Below are positions 1 through 10,507 of a stretch of DNA of 32,000 bases, piece by piece; the stretch's first letter is position 1, and each line of letters opens with the position of its first letter. The translations under genes were made by a program, and so were the position numbers. The DNA is from Dickeya dadantii NCPPB 898 (lineage in GTDB: Bacteria; Pseudomonadota; Gammaproteobacteria; Enterobacterales; Enterobacteriaceae), in NCBI RefSeq assembly GCF_000406145.1, contig NZ_CM001976.1:1207263-1239262 (forward strand). Direction: 5' to 3'. The notes beneath the pieces were generated by a model that worked only from the letters and a program-made list of their open reading frames with translations, made no database searches and was not told where the DNA came from.

Positions 1-45
1 GAGGTGGTGGGGGAGAGGGGAGCGCGCGTCATATGCTTGTTGCCT

Positions 46-76
46 AAAAAGAAAAAGGCCGCACAGGCGGCCTTTT
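46..76 (-). terminator. Rho-independent terminator after acrB
   Basis: Read on the minus strand: AAAAGGCCGC-CTGT-GCGGCCTTTT hairpin (53..76) followed by a T-rich run (plus-strand A-run 46..56). It starts 17 nt after the acrB stop codon (94..96). Confidence 0.7.
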
Positions 77-93
77 AGAAGCGATATAATGCG

Positions 94-3000
94 TTAGTGG
101 CTGGTCTGGGTGTGCTCGTTATGTGAGTCGTCCGCTTCCTTTTTCTTGCCGAAGCGGCGGCGTACCACCACAAAGAACACCGGCACGAAGTAGATAGCCA
201 GTACGGTAGCGGTGATCATCCCGCCCATTACACCGGTACCGACCGCGTTCTGTGCGCCAGAGCCTGCGCCGGTGCTGATCACCAGCGGTACGACGCCCAG
301 AATGAACGCCAGCGATGTCATCAGAATGGGGCGCAGACGCATACGCACAGCATCCAGCGTCGCTTCCACCAGTCCTTTCCCTTCTTTCTCCATCAGGTCC
401 TTGGCGAACTCGACGATCAGAATGGCGTTCTTGGCGGATAAACCGATGGTTGTCAGCAGGCCAACCTTAAAGTAGACATCGTTTTCCAGACCGCGCAGGC
501 CGGCGGCCATCACCGCACCAAATACACCCAGCGGTACCACCAGCATAACAGAGAAGGGAATTGACCAGCTTTCATACAACGCGGCCAGACACAGGAACAC
601 CACGATAGCGGAGATAATAATCAACGCCGGCGCCTGGTTACCGGCCAACCGTTCCTGATAGGACATACCGGTCCAGTCGAAGCCGATTCCCGGCGGTAAC
701 TGCGCCGCCAGTTCCTCCATCAGCGCCATAGCTTCACCGGTACTCTTGCCGGGCGCGGCTTCACCGACCAATTCTACTGCCGGCAGGCCGTTGTAACGTT
801 CCAGACGTGGTGAACCGTATTCCCAGCGCTCGGAAGCGAAAGCCGAGAAGGGGACCATCTGACCGGAGGTGCCGCGGACATACCATTTCTGGATATCGTT
901 GGGCAACATACGGAATTTGGCCTCAGCCTGGACGTACACTTTTTTCACCCTGCCGCGGTCAATAAAGTCATTGACGTAGGTTCCCCCCAGCGCGGTGGAC
1001 AGCGTGGCGTTGATGGTGGCAATCGATACTCCAAGCGATTCCGCTTTTTCCTGATCGATCTCAAGCCGGTATTGCGGCATGTCTTCCATCCCGTTGGGAC
1101 GAACACGCACCAGCGTATCGGGATGCTGCGCAATCATTCCCAGCAGTTGGTTACGGGCAGCCATCAGCTTATCGTGGCCGAGGTTGTTCTGATCGATCAG
1201 TTCAAAGTCAAAACCACTGGCGGTACCTAGTTCGACGATCGCCGGTATGTTGAACGGGATGACCAGCGCCTCCTTGATTTGCGAGAAGGCGCCAAAGGCA
1301 CGACCGATAATTGCATCAACTTTGTTGGCCGCTCCAGAGCGCTCATCCCAGTCTTTGAGGCTGGCGAAGGCGATACCCATGTTCTGACCACGACCGGCGA
1401 AGCCAAAGCCGTTAACGGTAAAGACCGATTTTACGTTTTCTTTTTCGTGTTGCAGGTAGTAATCATTCACCTGATCAAGCACTTTCTGGGTGCTTTCCTG
1501 AGTGGCGCCTACCGGCAACTGCACCATCGTCAGCAATACGCCCTGGTCTTCCTGCGGCAGGAAGGAGCTTGGCAGACGGGTAAACATCAGACCCAGACCG
1601 GCAACAACGATCAGATACACCACAACATAACGACCAGTGCTGCGCAGGATATTAGCGACACTATTGGTGTAGTGATGGGTACTCTTGTCGAAAAGACGGT
1701 TGAACCAGCCGAAAAAGCCTTTTTTCTCGCCATGGTTGGTGATCGGTTTCAGGATGGTCGCACACAGCGCCGGTGTCAGGATCAACGCAACCAGTACCGA
1801 CAACACCATGGAAGATACGATAGTGACGGAGAACTGGCGGTAGATTGCGCCGGTCGAACCGCCGGAAAACGCCATCGGTATGAATACCGCAGACAGCACC
1901 AGAGCGATACCGACCAACGCGCCCTGAATCTGCCCCATGGACTTGCGGGTGGCTTCTTTGGGCGATAATCCCTCTTCCGCCATCACGCGTTCCACGTTCT
2001 CCACCACGACGATGGCGTCATCCACCAATAGGCCGATGGCCAGCACCATGGCGAACATGGTCAGTGTGTTAATCGAATAGCCAAAGGCGGACAGAATGGA
2101 GAATGTACCCAGCAGCACCACCGGCACCGCGATAGTGGGAATCAGCGTGGCACGGAAGTTCTGCAAGAACAGATACATCACCACAAACACCAGCACGATC
2201 GCTTCAAGCAGGGTTTTCACCACCTCGTAAATGGAGATTTTTACGAACGGCGTGGTGTCATACGGATAAACCACTTTCAGCCCGGCCGGGAAGGTCGACT
2301 GCAATTTGGTGATTTCCGCTTTTACCGCTGAAGCGGTATCCAGCGCGTTGGCGCCGGTGGCAAGCTTAATACCCAAACCGGCGGCCGGACGACCGTTATA
2401 GCGGGCGATGACACTGTAGCTTTCGCCGCCGAGCTCAATGCGGGCCACATTATTCAGGCGAACCTGTGAACCGTCCTGATTCACTTTGAGCAGAATATTG
2501 CCGAACTGCTCCGGCGAATTCAGCCGGGTCTGCGCAATAATCGACGCATTCAGCTTCTGACCGGGAACCGGCGGCGTACCGCCAAGCTGACCGGCGGCGA
2601 TTTGGTTGTTCTGCACCTGAATCGCCGAGACTACGTCGCTGGTAGTGAGCTGGTAATTGTTCAGTTTGTCCGGGTCGAGCCAGATACGCATGGCGTACTG
2701 GGCGCCGAACAACTGGGTATCACCCACCCCGCGTACGCGGCTGATCGGGTCTTTGATGCTGGCACCGACGAAGTCCGCGATGTCCTGCTGGGTCATGTTG
2801 TTATCATCGCTGATAAAACCGAGCACCATCAGGAAGCTACTGCTGGACTTCTGCACGCTAACGCCTTGCTGCTGCACTTCCTGCGGCAGCAACGGCATTG
2901 CCAGTTGCAGTTTGTTCTGTACCTGCACCTGTGCAATGTCCGGGTTGGCGTCGGCATCGAACGTCAGCGTGATCTGCACGGTACCTGACGAGTCACTGTT

Positions 3001-3240
3001 GGAAGACATATACAGTAACTTGTCGATCCCGTTCATGTTCTGTTCGATTACCTGCGTCACGGTATCCTGCAGGGTTTTCGCATCCGCGCCCGGGTAGTTT
3101 GCGGTTATCTGAACCGCGGGCGGCGCGATGGTCGGGTACTGCGCAATAGGCAACTTCAGGATTGCCAGTGTCCCGGTGAGCATCACCATGATGGCGATGA
3201 CCCAGGCAAAAATCGGGCGATCTATGAAAAACTTGGCCAT
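94..3240 (-). CDS. acrB: RND multidrug efflux pump permease AcrB
   Basis: 1048-aa ORF. The N-terminus [17 protein letters not shown] and the overall sequence are typical of AcrB/HAE1 RND pumps. It lies 16 nt downstream of acrA, as in E. coli. Confidence 0.97.
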   Translation of the reverse strand: MAKFFIDRPIFAWVIAIMVMLTGTLAILKLPIAQYPTIAPPAVQITANYPGADAKTLQDTVTQVIEQNMNGIDKLLYMSSNSDSSGTVQITLTFDADANPDIAQVQVQNKLQLAMPLLPQEVQQQGVSVQKSSSSFLMVLGFISDDNNMTQQDIADFVGASIKDPISRVRGVGDTQLFGAQYAMRIWLDPDKLNNYQLTTSDVVSAIQVQNNQIAAGQLGGTPPVPGQKLNASIIAQTRLNSPEQFGNILLKVNQDGSQVRLNNVARIELGGESYSVIARYNGRPAAGLGIKLATGANALDTASAVKAEITKLQSTFPAGLKVVYPYDTTPFVKISIYEVVKTLLEAIVLVFVVMYLFLQNFRATLIPTIAVPVVLLGTFSILSAFGYSINTLTMFAMVLAIGLLVDDAIVVVENVERVMAEEGLSPKEATRKSMGQIQGALVGIALVLSAVFIPMAFSGGSTGAIYRQFSVTIVSSMVLSVLVALILTPALCATILKPITNHGEKKGFFGWFNRLFDKSTHHYTNSVANILRSTGRYVVVYLIVVAGLGLMFTRLPSSFLPQEDQGVLLTMVQLPVGATQESTQKVLDQVNDYYLQHEKENVKSVFTVNGFGFAGRGQNMGIAFASLKDWDERSGAANKVDAIIGRAFGAFSQIKEALVIPFNIPAIVELGTASGFDFELIDQNNLGHDKLMAARNQLLGMIAQHPDTLVRVRPNGMEDMPQYRLEIDQEKAESLGVSIATINATLSTALGGTYVNDFIDRGRVKKVYVQAEAKFRMLPNDIQKWYVRGTSGQMVPFSAFASERWEYGSPRLERYNGLPAVELVGEAAPGKSTGEAMALMEELAAQLPPGIGFDWTGMSYQERLAGNQAPALIIISAIVVFLCLAALYESWSIPFSVMLVVPLGVFGAVMAAGLRGLENDVYFKVGLLTTIGLSAKNAILIVEFAKDLMEKEGKGLVEATLDAVRMRLRPILMTSLAFILGVVPLVISTGAGSGAQNAVGTGVMGGMITATVLAIYFVPVFFVVVRRRFGKKKEADDSHNEHTQTSH

Positions 3241-3256
3241 GGATTACCGGCTCCTG

Positions 3257-4450
3257 TTAAGACTTAGCGGGTTGGGACTGCGGTTGCTGCTGTTGCGCAT
3301 TACCTGCGGCCACTTCCTGCGCTTTTACCTGCATACCCGGTCTGATTTTCTGCAGGCCTGTCAAGATGATACGGTCACCCGGCTTGACGCCCGACGTCAC
3401 CAGCCATTTATCGCCAATAGCCTTGCCGGTGGTGATCGAGTGAACTTCCACTTTATCGCCTTCACCGACCAGCATCACGGTAGCGTCGCCGCGTGGTGTG
3501 CGGCTCACGCCTTGCTGAGGCACCAGAATCGCGTTGGGAGTGACGCCGGAATCCAATTGCGCGCGGACAAACATCCCCGGCAGCAGGTTGTGATCCGGAT
3601 TGGGGAACACGGCGCGCAGCGTAATGGAGCCGGTGGTTTCATCCACGGTAACGTCGGAGAATTCCAGCGTCCCAGGCTGGCTATAGCGGGTGCCGTTATC
3701 CAGCGTCAGTTGGACGTTGGCCTTGCCGTTGGTCTGTTGCAGGGTGCCGTTTTCCAGTTCCTTTTTCAGGCGCAGAAAATCGTTGGTGGACTGGGTAACG
3801 TCCACATAGATCGGATCCAACTGCTGGATCGTGGTCAGCGCTGTCGTCTGTGCGTTGGACACCAGCGCGCCTTCCGTCACGGTGGATTTACCGACGCGGC
3901 CGGTAATCGGGGCCGTTACGCGGGTATAGTTCAGGCTAATCTGGGCGTTGTCGAGGGTGGCTTTCGCCGCGGCGACAGAAGCTTCGGTCTGGCGCGCGGT
4001 GGCTACCGCCTGATCGTAATCCTGTTTGCTGACGTAGTTGGTGCCGAGCAGCGGTTTGTAGCGGTTGACGGTCAGCCGTGCGATTTCGGCGTTGGCCTGC
4101 GCCTGGACCAGTGCGGCTTTGGCATTGTTGTACTGGGCCTGATACGTGGCCGGGTCAATCTGATACAGCGAGGTGCCTGCTTTGACGTCGCTGCCTTCCA
4201 CAAAGTTGCGCTTCAGAATAATACCGTTTACCTGAGGGCGTACTTCAGCAATACGATAGGCGCTTGTGCGGCCCGGCAGTTCGGTGATGATATTCAGAGT
4301 TTGTGATTTTATCGTAACGATGCCGACTTCCGGTGCGCCTCCCTGGTGAGCCCCTTCTTGAGACGCATTGTTGTCACATCCTGTGAGCACAAGGCCGCCA
4401 GAAAATATCAGCATAGCCGCCAGAGGCGTAAGCCTTCTGTTTTTATTCAT
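3257..4450 (-). CDS. acrA: RND efflux periplasmic adaptor lipoprotein AcrA
   Basis: 397-aa ORF with a lipoprotein signal and lipobox (FSGGLVLTGC). Membrane-fusion-protein sequence, upstream of acrB and divergent from acrR. Confidence 0.95.
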   Translation of the reverse strand: MNKNRRLTPLAAMLIFSGGLVLTGCDNNASQEGAHQGGAPEVGIVTIKSQTLNIITELPGRTSAYRIAEVRPQVNGIILKRNFVEGSDVKAGTSLYQIDPATYQAQYNNAKAALVQAQANAEIARLTVNRYKPLLGTNYVSKQDYDQAVATARQTEASVAAAKATLDNAQISLNYTRVTAPITGRVGKSTVTEGALVSNAQTTALTTIQQLDPIYVDVTQSTNDFLRLKKELENGTLQQTNGKANVQLTLDNGTRYSQPGTLEFSDVTVDETTGSITLRAVFPNPDHNLLPGMFVRAQLDSGVTPNAILVPQQGVSRTPRGDATVMLVGEGDKVEVHSITTGKAIGDKWLVTSGVKPGDRIILTGLQKIRPGMQVKAQEVAAGNAQQQQPQSQPAKS

Positions 4451-4540
4451 AGATAAACCCCAAGTATCCGATTTTTAATTGACCAATGGATCACAAGCTT
4501 TTAAACCCATTGCTGCGATAAATTCAGGCCCGTGCTATGT

Positions 4541-4564
4541 TACATACATCCGTGAATGTATGTA
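4541..4564. promoter_or_regulatory. AcrR operator palindrome in the acrR/acrA divergent promoter region
   Basis: TACATACATCCGTGAATGTATGTA. The outer arms TACATACAT/ATGTATGTA are a perfect inverted repeat. It differs only in the centre from the E. coli AcrR operator as I recall it (TACATACATTTGTGAATGTATGTA). It lies 29 nt upstream of the acrR ATG. Confidence 0.8.
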
Positions 4565-4592
4565 AATCTCGCTTCTCTTGAAAGTCGGCGCT

Positions 4593-5243
4593 ATGGCACG
4601 AAAAACCAAACAACAGGCTCATGAAACCAAACTCCAGATTATGGACGCAGCACTGCGCCTGTTTTCTGAGCATGGTGTTTCCTCAACATCATTGTCCGAT
4701 ATTGCGACTGCCGCCGGCGTGACTCGCGGTGCTATTTACTGGCACTTTAAAAACAAAGCTGAACTGTTTGATGAGATATGGGCGCGATCAGAAGCCAAAA
4801 TTTCTGATTTCGAAATAGAGTATCAGGCAAAATTTCCTGATGATCCACTGCATGTTCTCAGAGAGTTACTGATTTATATACTGACCTTGACGGAGTCCGA
4901 TGCCGAGTGGCGCTCAATGATGGAGATCATATTCCATAAATGTGAGTTTGTCGGTGAGCTATTGCCGACATTCAAGGCCCGTAAGGATTTGTATTTCGAC
5001 TGCTATGTTAAAATAGAAATCTCTTTGATGAACTGTATTCGGCAGGGAATGCTGCCGTCGGACATTAATCCCCGGCGCGCAGCGGTGGTGATGCGCGCTT
5101 ATCTGTCGGGGATCATGGAGAACTGGTTGTTTTTGCCGGAAAGCTTTGACCTGAAAAGCGAAGCGCCGTATCTGGTTGACGGGTTTATTGATATGTTGCG
5201 TACCAGCCCGGCCTTACGCCTGAGTGGTAGCTCAGAGGTCTGA
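4593..5243 (+). CDS. acrR: TetR-family repressor AcrR
   Basis: From the ATG at 4593 the protein begins MARKTKQQAHETKLQIMDAALRLFSEHGVSSTSL..GVTRGAIYWHF. This is collinear with E. coli AcrR (MARKTKQEAQETRQ...). The ORF-track start at 4578 is a TTG five codons upstream and is less likely. Confidence 0.93.
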   Translation: MARKTKQQAHETKLQIMDAALRLFSEHGVSSTSLSDIATAAGVTRGAIYWHFKNKAELFDEIWARSEAKISDFEIEYQAKFPDDPLHVLRELLIYILTLTESDAEWRSMMEIIFHKCEFVGELLPTFKARKDLYFDCYVKIEISLMNCIRQGMLPSDINPRRAAVVMRAYLSGIMENWLFLPESFDLKSEAPYLVDGFIDMLRTSPALRLSGSSEV

Positions 5244-5325
5244 TAAGCATAAATACAGCCCGACATACCTTGTCTTCCGGCAGACGTGATAGACTGCGCC
5301 ATCTCTGTAAAACCGATGATGCATC

Positions 5326-8300
5326 ATGAGTCGCTGTTTCGCCGTTTCTGGTTCGTTTGCCGTTCTTTTCCGTTCTTTTCTTTATGATTCTGTTCGCCGT
5401 AGCCTGCCGTATCTCTGGGCGTTTCTGCTCGGATTGATGCCGCAGTGGTCGGCGCTTGCCGCCGGTAACGATTTGCCGACCCGGACTGAGATTCAGAATC
5501 GGCTTGATACCCTCAACAAACAAAAAAGTCTGACTTCGGTAGACAAGCTGACCCAGCAGGATCTAACCCAAACACTGGATGTGTTGGATTCTATCGACCG
5601 GGTCCGGCAGGAAACCAGCCAGCTGAAGCAGCAGGCGGCACAGGCTCCGGCCAAGCTGAAGCAGGTGAATGAAGATCTGGTATCGTTGGGTGGCGCGGTG
5701 CCGGTGTCTCAGACATCGCTGGAGTCGCTGTCGCTAAAACAGCTGGAGGCCCGTCTGAATGAAACGCTGGATGATTTGCAGTCGGCACAGGAAAACCTGT
5801 CTACCTACAATAGTCAGCTGATTTCGTTGCAGACCCAGCCGGAGCGGGTGCAGAGCGCGTTATATGCCGCCTCGCAACGCAGCCAGCAACTACGCACCCA
5901 GCTCAGTGGGCTTGATCCGTCGCAGGAGCCGTTGCGGCCGAGCCAGCAAATCCTGTTGCAGGCGGAGCAGGCGTTGGTCGGGCTGCAAATGGAACAGCAG
6001 CGCAAAAGTCTGGAAGTGAACACCACCATGCAGGATCTGTTGCAGAAGCAGCGGGATTACACCGCCGCGCAGATCGGCCAACTGGAACACATGGTGCAGA
6101 CGCTACAAGGCGTGATCAACAACAAACGCCTCAACCTATCGGAGAAAACCGCCAAGGAAGCGCAGAATTCGGATGAGTTGCAGCGTATTCAGGAGAACCC
6201 GCTGGTAAAAACGGAGATGGAAACCAACCGTCAACTCAGCCAGCGTCTGATCAAAGCGACCGAAGCCGGTAATACGCTGGTTCAGGAGAGCATCCAGGTA
6301 AAAAACTGGCTGGATCGGGCCACGCAGTCGGAACGCAACCTGAAAGAACAGATTACGGTGCTGAAAGGTAGTCTGTTGCTGTCGCGCATTCTTTATCAAC
6401 AACAGCAAAACTTGCCATCGGCCGATGCGATGGGCGACATCAGCACCCAAATCGCCGATCTGCGACTGGAACAGTTTGATATCAACCAGCAGCGCGACCT
6501 GTTGTTCCGTGGCGATGAATATATCCAGCAACTGGTCGTTCACAGCAATGCCACGGTAGACGCCGAAGTCACCGATGCGCTGGAGCAGATTCTGGACATG
6601 CGCCGCGAACTGCTCGACCAGCTTAATAAGCAGCTTGGCAATCAGCTGATGCTGGCGATTAACCTGCAAATCAGCCGTCAACAGTTGATGAGCGTGAATG
6701 GCTCGCTGCAACGTACGCTGACTCAGCAAATCTTCTGGGTCAGCAGCAATAAACCGATGGACTGGAACTGGCTGAAAGATCTGCCATCGACACTAAAACA
6801 GCAGATAAAAAACCTGCATTTCAACCTGAAAGGCGCTCAGCTGGGACAGGGGATGATGGATTCGCTGTTGCTGACCATCCCGGCGTTGCTCGTGGTTGGC
6901 CTGTTGCTGTGGCGGCGCAAAAGCATCGATGCCTATATGAGCAAGCTGGCGGACGATGTGGGGCAACTCAAGCGCGACAGCCAGTTGCATACGCCGAAAG
7001 CCATTCTGCTGTTGATTTTGCGCACCCTGCCGGGCGTGCTGGTAATTTTGTCGCTGGGGCTATGGCTGAAGCGGACGGATAGCCAGATCAGCAGCTTCGC
7101 CTGGGTACTTAGCGAAAATCTGGCGTTGTTCTGGATGGTGTTCGCCACCGCCTGGTTCAGCCTCAAGCCGGGCAGCCTGAGCGAGCGTCACTTTAATATT
7201 CCGGTGTCTCGCTGCGCGCATTACCGGCGTCAGACGGTGCGGCTTGGCGGTGCGCTGCTGCCGCTGATGTTCTGGTCGGTGGTAGGAGAGAAAGCGCCGC
7301 TGTACCTGGTGGACGATGCTATCGGGCAGATCATTATCGTCTGTAATCTGCTGTTGCTGACCATTCTGGTGTTCCCGGTATGCCGCGACTGCTGGCGAGA
7401 AAAGGAACGCCACACGGTGCAGTTGATTGTGGTGACCATGATGGCCGCCATGCCGCTGTTTCTGATCGGGCTGATGTTGAATGGGTTTTTCTATACCACG
7501 CTGCGACTGGCCAGCCGCTGGATTGACAGCCTGTATCTGTTGATCGTCTGGAATATCGTCTATTTCGCTACTATTCGCGGCTTAAGCGTCGCGGCCCGCC
7601 GTCTGGCGTATCGCCGCGCGGTGGCGCGACGCCAGAATCTGGTCAAGGAAGGCGCGGAAGGCAGCGAGCCGGTGCCGGAAGCGCCGCTGGCGCTGGAACA
7701 AATCAGCCAGCAATCTTTGCGTCTGACGACGATGGTGCTGTTTCTGGCGTTCTCCGGCGCGTTTTACTGGATCTGGGCCGATCTGGTGACCGTGTTCTCC
7801 TATCTGGATAGCATCACGCTGTGGCATTACAGCACGGCCGGCGCCAGTGGCACCGTCATGCAGCCGGTGACGCTGGGCAACCTGTTGGTGGCGATGGTGA
7901 TTGGCGGCGTGGCCTATGTGATGACCCGCAACCTGCCCGGTTTGCTGGAGGTACTAGTGCTGTCGCGCTTGCAACTGCGACAGGGCGCCTCTTATGCCAT
8001 CACCACCGTGCTGACCTATCTGATTACTGCCGTCGGCGCGGTCACGTCGCTCAGCTCGCTCGGGGTTTCCTGGGACAAGCTGCAGTGGCTGGTGGCGGCG
8101 TTATCGGTAGGGCTGGGATTTGGTTTGCAGGAAATCTTCGCTAACTTCGTGTCGGGCCTGATTATCCTGTTCGAACGGCCGGTGCGCATCGGCGACACCA
8201 TCACCATCGGCACCTTCTCCGGTTCGGTAAGCAAGATCCGTATCCGTGCCACCACGATTACCGATTTTGACCGCAAGGAAGTGATCATTCCCAACAAGGC

Positions 8301-8709
8301 GTTTGTCACTGAACGTCTGATCAACTGGTCGTTGTCGGATACCATCACGCGTGTGCTGATCCGTATCGGCGTCGCCTACGGTTCCGATCTGGACAAGGTG
8401 AAAGAGGTGTTGTTGCAGGCGGCGCGTGATAACCCACGCGTGATGACCGACCCGGAGCCACAGGTATTTTTCCTGTCGTTCGGTCCAAGCTCACTGGATC
8501 ATGAACTGCGTCTGTACGTGCGGGAACTGCGGGATCGCAGCTACACCGTCGATGAACTGAACCGCACCATCGATCGCCTGTGCCGCGAGAACAATATCGA
8601 CATCGCCTTCAACCAGTTGGAAGTACACCTGCATAACGCGCAGGGCAACGAGGTACAGGAAATATCCCGCGTACTGACCCAGCCGCAGGATGTGGTGGAA
8701 AGCCGATAA
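5326..8709 (+). CDS. mscK: Potassium-dependent mechanosensitive channel MscK (KefA)
   Basis: 1127-aa ORF with a long coiled-coil periplasmic N-terminal half, multiple TM segments and a C-terminal MscS-type domain (GLIILFERPVRIGDTITIG). Collinear with E. coli MscK and in the same position after acrR. Confidence 0.93.
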   Translation: MSRCFAVSGSFAVLFRSFLYDSVRRSLPYLWAFLLGLMPQWSALAAGNDLPTRTEIQNRLDTLNKQKSLTSVDKLTQQDLTQTLDVLDSIDRVRQETSQLKQQAAQAPAKLKQVNEDLVSLGGAVPVSQTSLESLSLKQLEARLNETLDDLQSAQENLSTYNSQLISLQTQPERVQSALYAASQRSQQLRTQLSGLDPSQEPLRPSQQILLQAEQALVGLQMEQQRKSLEVNTTMQDLLQKQRDYTAAQIGQLEHMVQTLQGVINNKRLNLSEKTAKEAQNSDELQRIQENPLVKTEMETNRQLSQRLIKATEAGNTLVQESIQVKNWLDRATQSERNLKEQITVLKGSLLLSRILYQQQQNLPSADAMGDISTQIADLRLEQFDINQQRDLLFRGDEYIQQLVVHSNATVDAEVTDALEQILDMRRELLDQLNKQLGNQLMLAINLQISRQQLMSVNGSLQRTLTQQIFWVSSNKPMDWNWLKDLPSTLKQQIKNLHFNLKGAQLGQGMMDSLLLTIPALLVVGLLLWRRKSIDAYMSKLADDVGQLKRDSQLHTPKAILLLILRTLPGVLVILSLGLWLKRTDSQISSFAWVLSENLALFWMVFATAWFSLKPGSLSERHFNIPVSRCAHYRRQTVRLGGALLPLMFWSVVGEKAPLYLVDDAIGQIIIVCNLLLLTILVFPVCRDCWREKERHTVQLIVVTMMAAMPLFLIGLMLNGFFYTTLRLASRWIDSLYLLIVWNIVYFATIRGLSVAARRLAYRRAVARRQNLVKEGAEGSEPVPEAPLALEQISQQSLRLTTMVLFLAFSGAFYWIWADLVTVFSYLDSITLWHYSTAGASGTVMQPVTLGNLLVAMVIGGVAYVMTRNLPGLLEVLVLSRLQLRQGASYAITTVLTYLITAVGAVTSLSSLGVSWDKLQWLVAALSVGLGFGLQEIFANFVSGLIILFERPVRIGDTITIGTFSGSVSKIRIRATTITDFDRKEVIIPNKAFVTERLINWSLSDTITRVLIRIGVAYGSDLDKVKEVLLQAARDNPRVMTDPEPQVFFLSFGPSSLDHELRLYVRELRDRSYTVDELNRTIDRLCRENNIDIAFNQLEVHLHNAQGNEVQEISRVLTQPQDVVESR

Positions 8710-8730
8710 ATAACGTGACGGAGAATATGC

Positions 8731-8756
8731 GCCGGAGCGGGCCCGCCTGCTCCGGC
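8731..8756. terminator. Hairpin between convergent mscK and ybaM (possible bidirectional terminator)
   Basis: GCCGGAGC-(10 nt loop)-GCTCCGGC, a perfect 8-bp stem. It sits between the mscK stop (8707..8709) and the ybaM stop (8758..8760). There is no clear U-tract on either side. Confidence 0.45.
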
Positions 8757-8757
8757 G

Positions 8758-8940
8758 TCAGGCGGGCGCCTGGTGGGGCGGGGCGTCGGCCTTCGACTGA
8801 TCGTTGGTCTTCGACTGATAGTCACGGCGTACGATTTCCAGCGCCGCCAGCACCACGTTCGGCGCTATCTGGTTGTCTTCCAATAGCATGATGAGATCGA
8901 CCGCCAGCTTAACTTCTGGCGTTTCATTTTCCAGCGACAT
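8758..8940 (-). CDS. ybaM: Small DUF2496-family protein YbaM
   Basis: 60-aa ORF MSLENETPEVKLAVDLIMLLEDNQI... It resembles E. coli YbaM as recalled and occupies the same slot between mscK and priC. The C-terminal tail is longer than in E. coli. Confidence 0.8.
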   Translation of the reverse strand: MSLENETPEVKLAVDLIMLLEDNQIAPNVVLAALEIVRRDYQSKTNDQSKADAPPHQAPA

Positions 8941-9018
8941 GATTTTTCTACCTCACTCCGATCCTGTTCTGTTTTTTTTAAAACATAGCAGAGAATAGTG
9001 AACGAGGGTCACGAAAGG

Positions 9019-9552
9019 TCAAAACCCCTGCTCCTGACGTTCAATCTGACGCTCCAGCCGCGACAGCGCCTGACGGCAGCGAGTCAGCCGGCCTTCCAGC
9101 GCCGCCAGCTCGCGTTGCAGGCGTTGCTGTTCGCTGAGTTGGCTCTGGGTCGCCAGCATGCTTTCCCGATCCTGAATCATCGCCAGCAAACGACGCTCAT
9201 AGCCCTGATATTCCGCCAGTTTCTGATAGCGGTCCTGTGGCTCCGGCGTCGCGGGTTCTTGCTCCCGCAGCGGTTGGGTCGCCAGTTCCCGCTGCAACGC
9301 CGTCATTTGCGCCAGCAATTTCTCCGCCATGAACGCCACCCGATCCAGACGTTGCTCCTGTACATATTGCTGCAGGTGCTGGTAGTTATGACGGATCTCG
9401 TCGAGATAATCGCCCAGCCGGGTGCCGTAACAGCTAAATAGCTGGCGATCAAAACGCGAACGGGGCGCCTGTCGCGCGGCAATCGGCTCGACATCCCGCG
9501 CCAGCGTATCAATCTGGCGTTCCAGCACGGCCAGCAGTGCCTGTGTTTCCAT
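9019..9552 (-). CDS. priC: Primosomal replication protein N'' (PriC)
   Basis: Start chosen at METQALLAVLERQIDTL (ATG at 9552), preceded by GGAGGA with a 6-nt spacer. It aligns with the E. coli PriC N-terminus and has the RCRQALSRLE motif near the C-terminus. The ORF-track start at 9582 is a 10-codon extension without a Shine-Dalgarno sequence. Confidence 0.85.
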   Translation of the reverse strand: METQALLAVLERQIDTLARDVEPIAARQAPRSRFDRQLFSCYGTRLGDYLDEIRHNYQHLQQYVQEQRLDRVAFMAEKLLAQMTALQRELATQPLREQEPATPEPQDRYQKLAEYQGYERRLLAMIQDRESMLATQSQLSEQQRLQRELAALEGRLTRCRQALSRLERQIERQEQGF

Positions 9553-9616
9553 GGCGTTTCCTCCGTCGGTCGACCGCGGCATCCGTAAACCGCGGCATGT
9601 GGAATCACGGGCCGGT

Positions 9617-10387
9617 TCAGTGGGTGCTGAACACCGGTTTGCCGCTGTGGAATTTGAAATCGTGGTCCGGGCTGGTAATTAACTGCGCTTCCGTTTGCGC
9701 AAAAAAGGCGACGCGCGCGGTAATATCTTTACCGGCAATCTGTTCCGCCAGCGCCAGATAATCCTGATAGTGACGCGCTTCGGAACGCAACAATGAAATG
9801 TAGAACTTGCGCACGTCTTCTTCCAGATGCGGCGCCAGTCTGGCGAAGCGTTCGCAGGAACGCGCTTCGATAAAGGCGCCGATGATCAGTTTATCCACCA
9901 GCGCATCCGGCTCATGCGTTTTCATATGTTGCGTCATGCCGCGGGCGTAACGGCTGGCAGGGACGTTCTGGTAAGGAATGCCCTTTTGTTCCATGACGTC
10001 CAGCACCTGATAGAAATGGTGCAGTTCTTCGCGAATCAGCATCACCATTTTATCGATCATATCCTGACTGTAATGGCAGCCGGTACGGGCGGTGATCTGA
10101 CGGGTAATTTGCCCGCCAGCTTTCAGCGCCTGCACGTCGCCCAGTTGTCGGAAAGCAAAATTCTCGTACGGGGCAATCCAGTCCTGCAATTGATGCCGGC
10201 TCGCCTGATCCACCGCGTAACGACGGATCAGAAACAGCGCGCTCTGGGCGGCTTTCAGTTCGCACAGCAGATGATCGCGCAGCAATAGGGGCAGATTTTC
10301 CGGTTTGCGAGCTTCGTCGATCCACTCATCTGGCGTCGTGACGGTAAGAAAGGCATGAATGGGGTCGAGGATGGAATGATCAAACAT
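9617..10387 (-). CDS. miaE: tRNA-(ms2io6A37)-hydroxylase MiaE (ferritin-like diiron enzyme)
   Basis: 256-aa ORF with MiaE-type motifs: LLCELKAAQSAL, IREELHHF, FIEARSCERFARLAP and LLRSEARHYQDYL (two E...ExxH diiron half-sites). The similarity to Salmonella MiaE is recalled from memory. Confidence 0.85.
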   Translation of the reverse strand: MFDHSILDPIHAFLTVTTPDEWIDEARKPENLPLLLRDHLLCELKAAQSALFLIRRYAVDQASRHQLQDWIAPYENFAFRQLGDVQALKAGGQITRQITARTGCHYSQDMIDKMVMLIREELHHFYQVLDVMEQKGIPYQNVPASRYARGMTQHMKTHEPDALVDKLIIGAFIEARSCERFARLAPHLEEDVRKFYISLLRSEARHYQDYLALAEQIAGKDITARVAFFAQTEAQLITSPDHDFKFHSGKPVFSTH

Positions 10388-10507
10388 GTACGGCGGACGG
10401 ATTGAGTTAACGTGGCGGTATGATACAACGATTCCTGTAGATTGCGATCGGGTCTGTTGTGGCCGGTTCGGGGAATGAAGGCGCGTGTGGAAACGGAGTG
10501 GAGCAAG

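Noticed and set aside
3128-4306. 392-aa ORF on the plus strand
   Set aside because: Antisense shadow of acrA. The same applies to the other plus-strand ORFs inside acrB (1279..1968, 2602..2988, 2657..3097).
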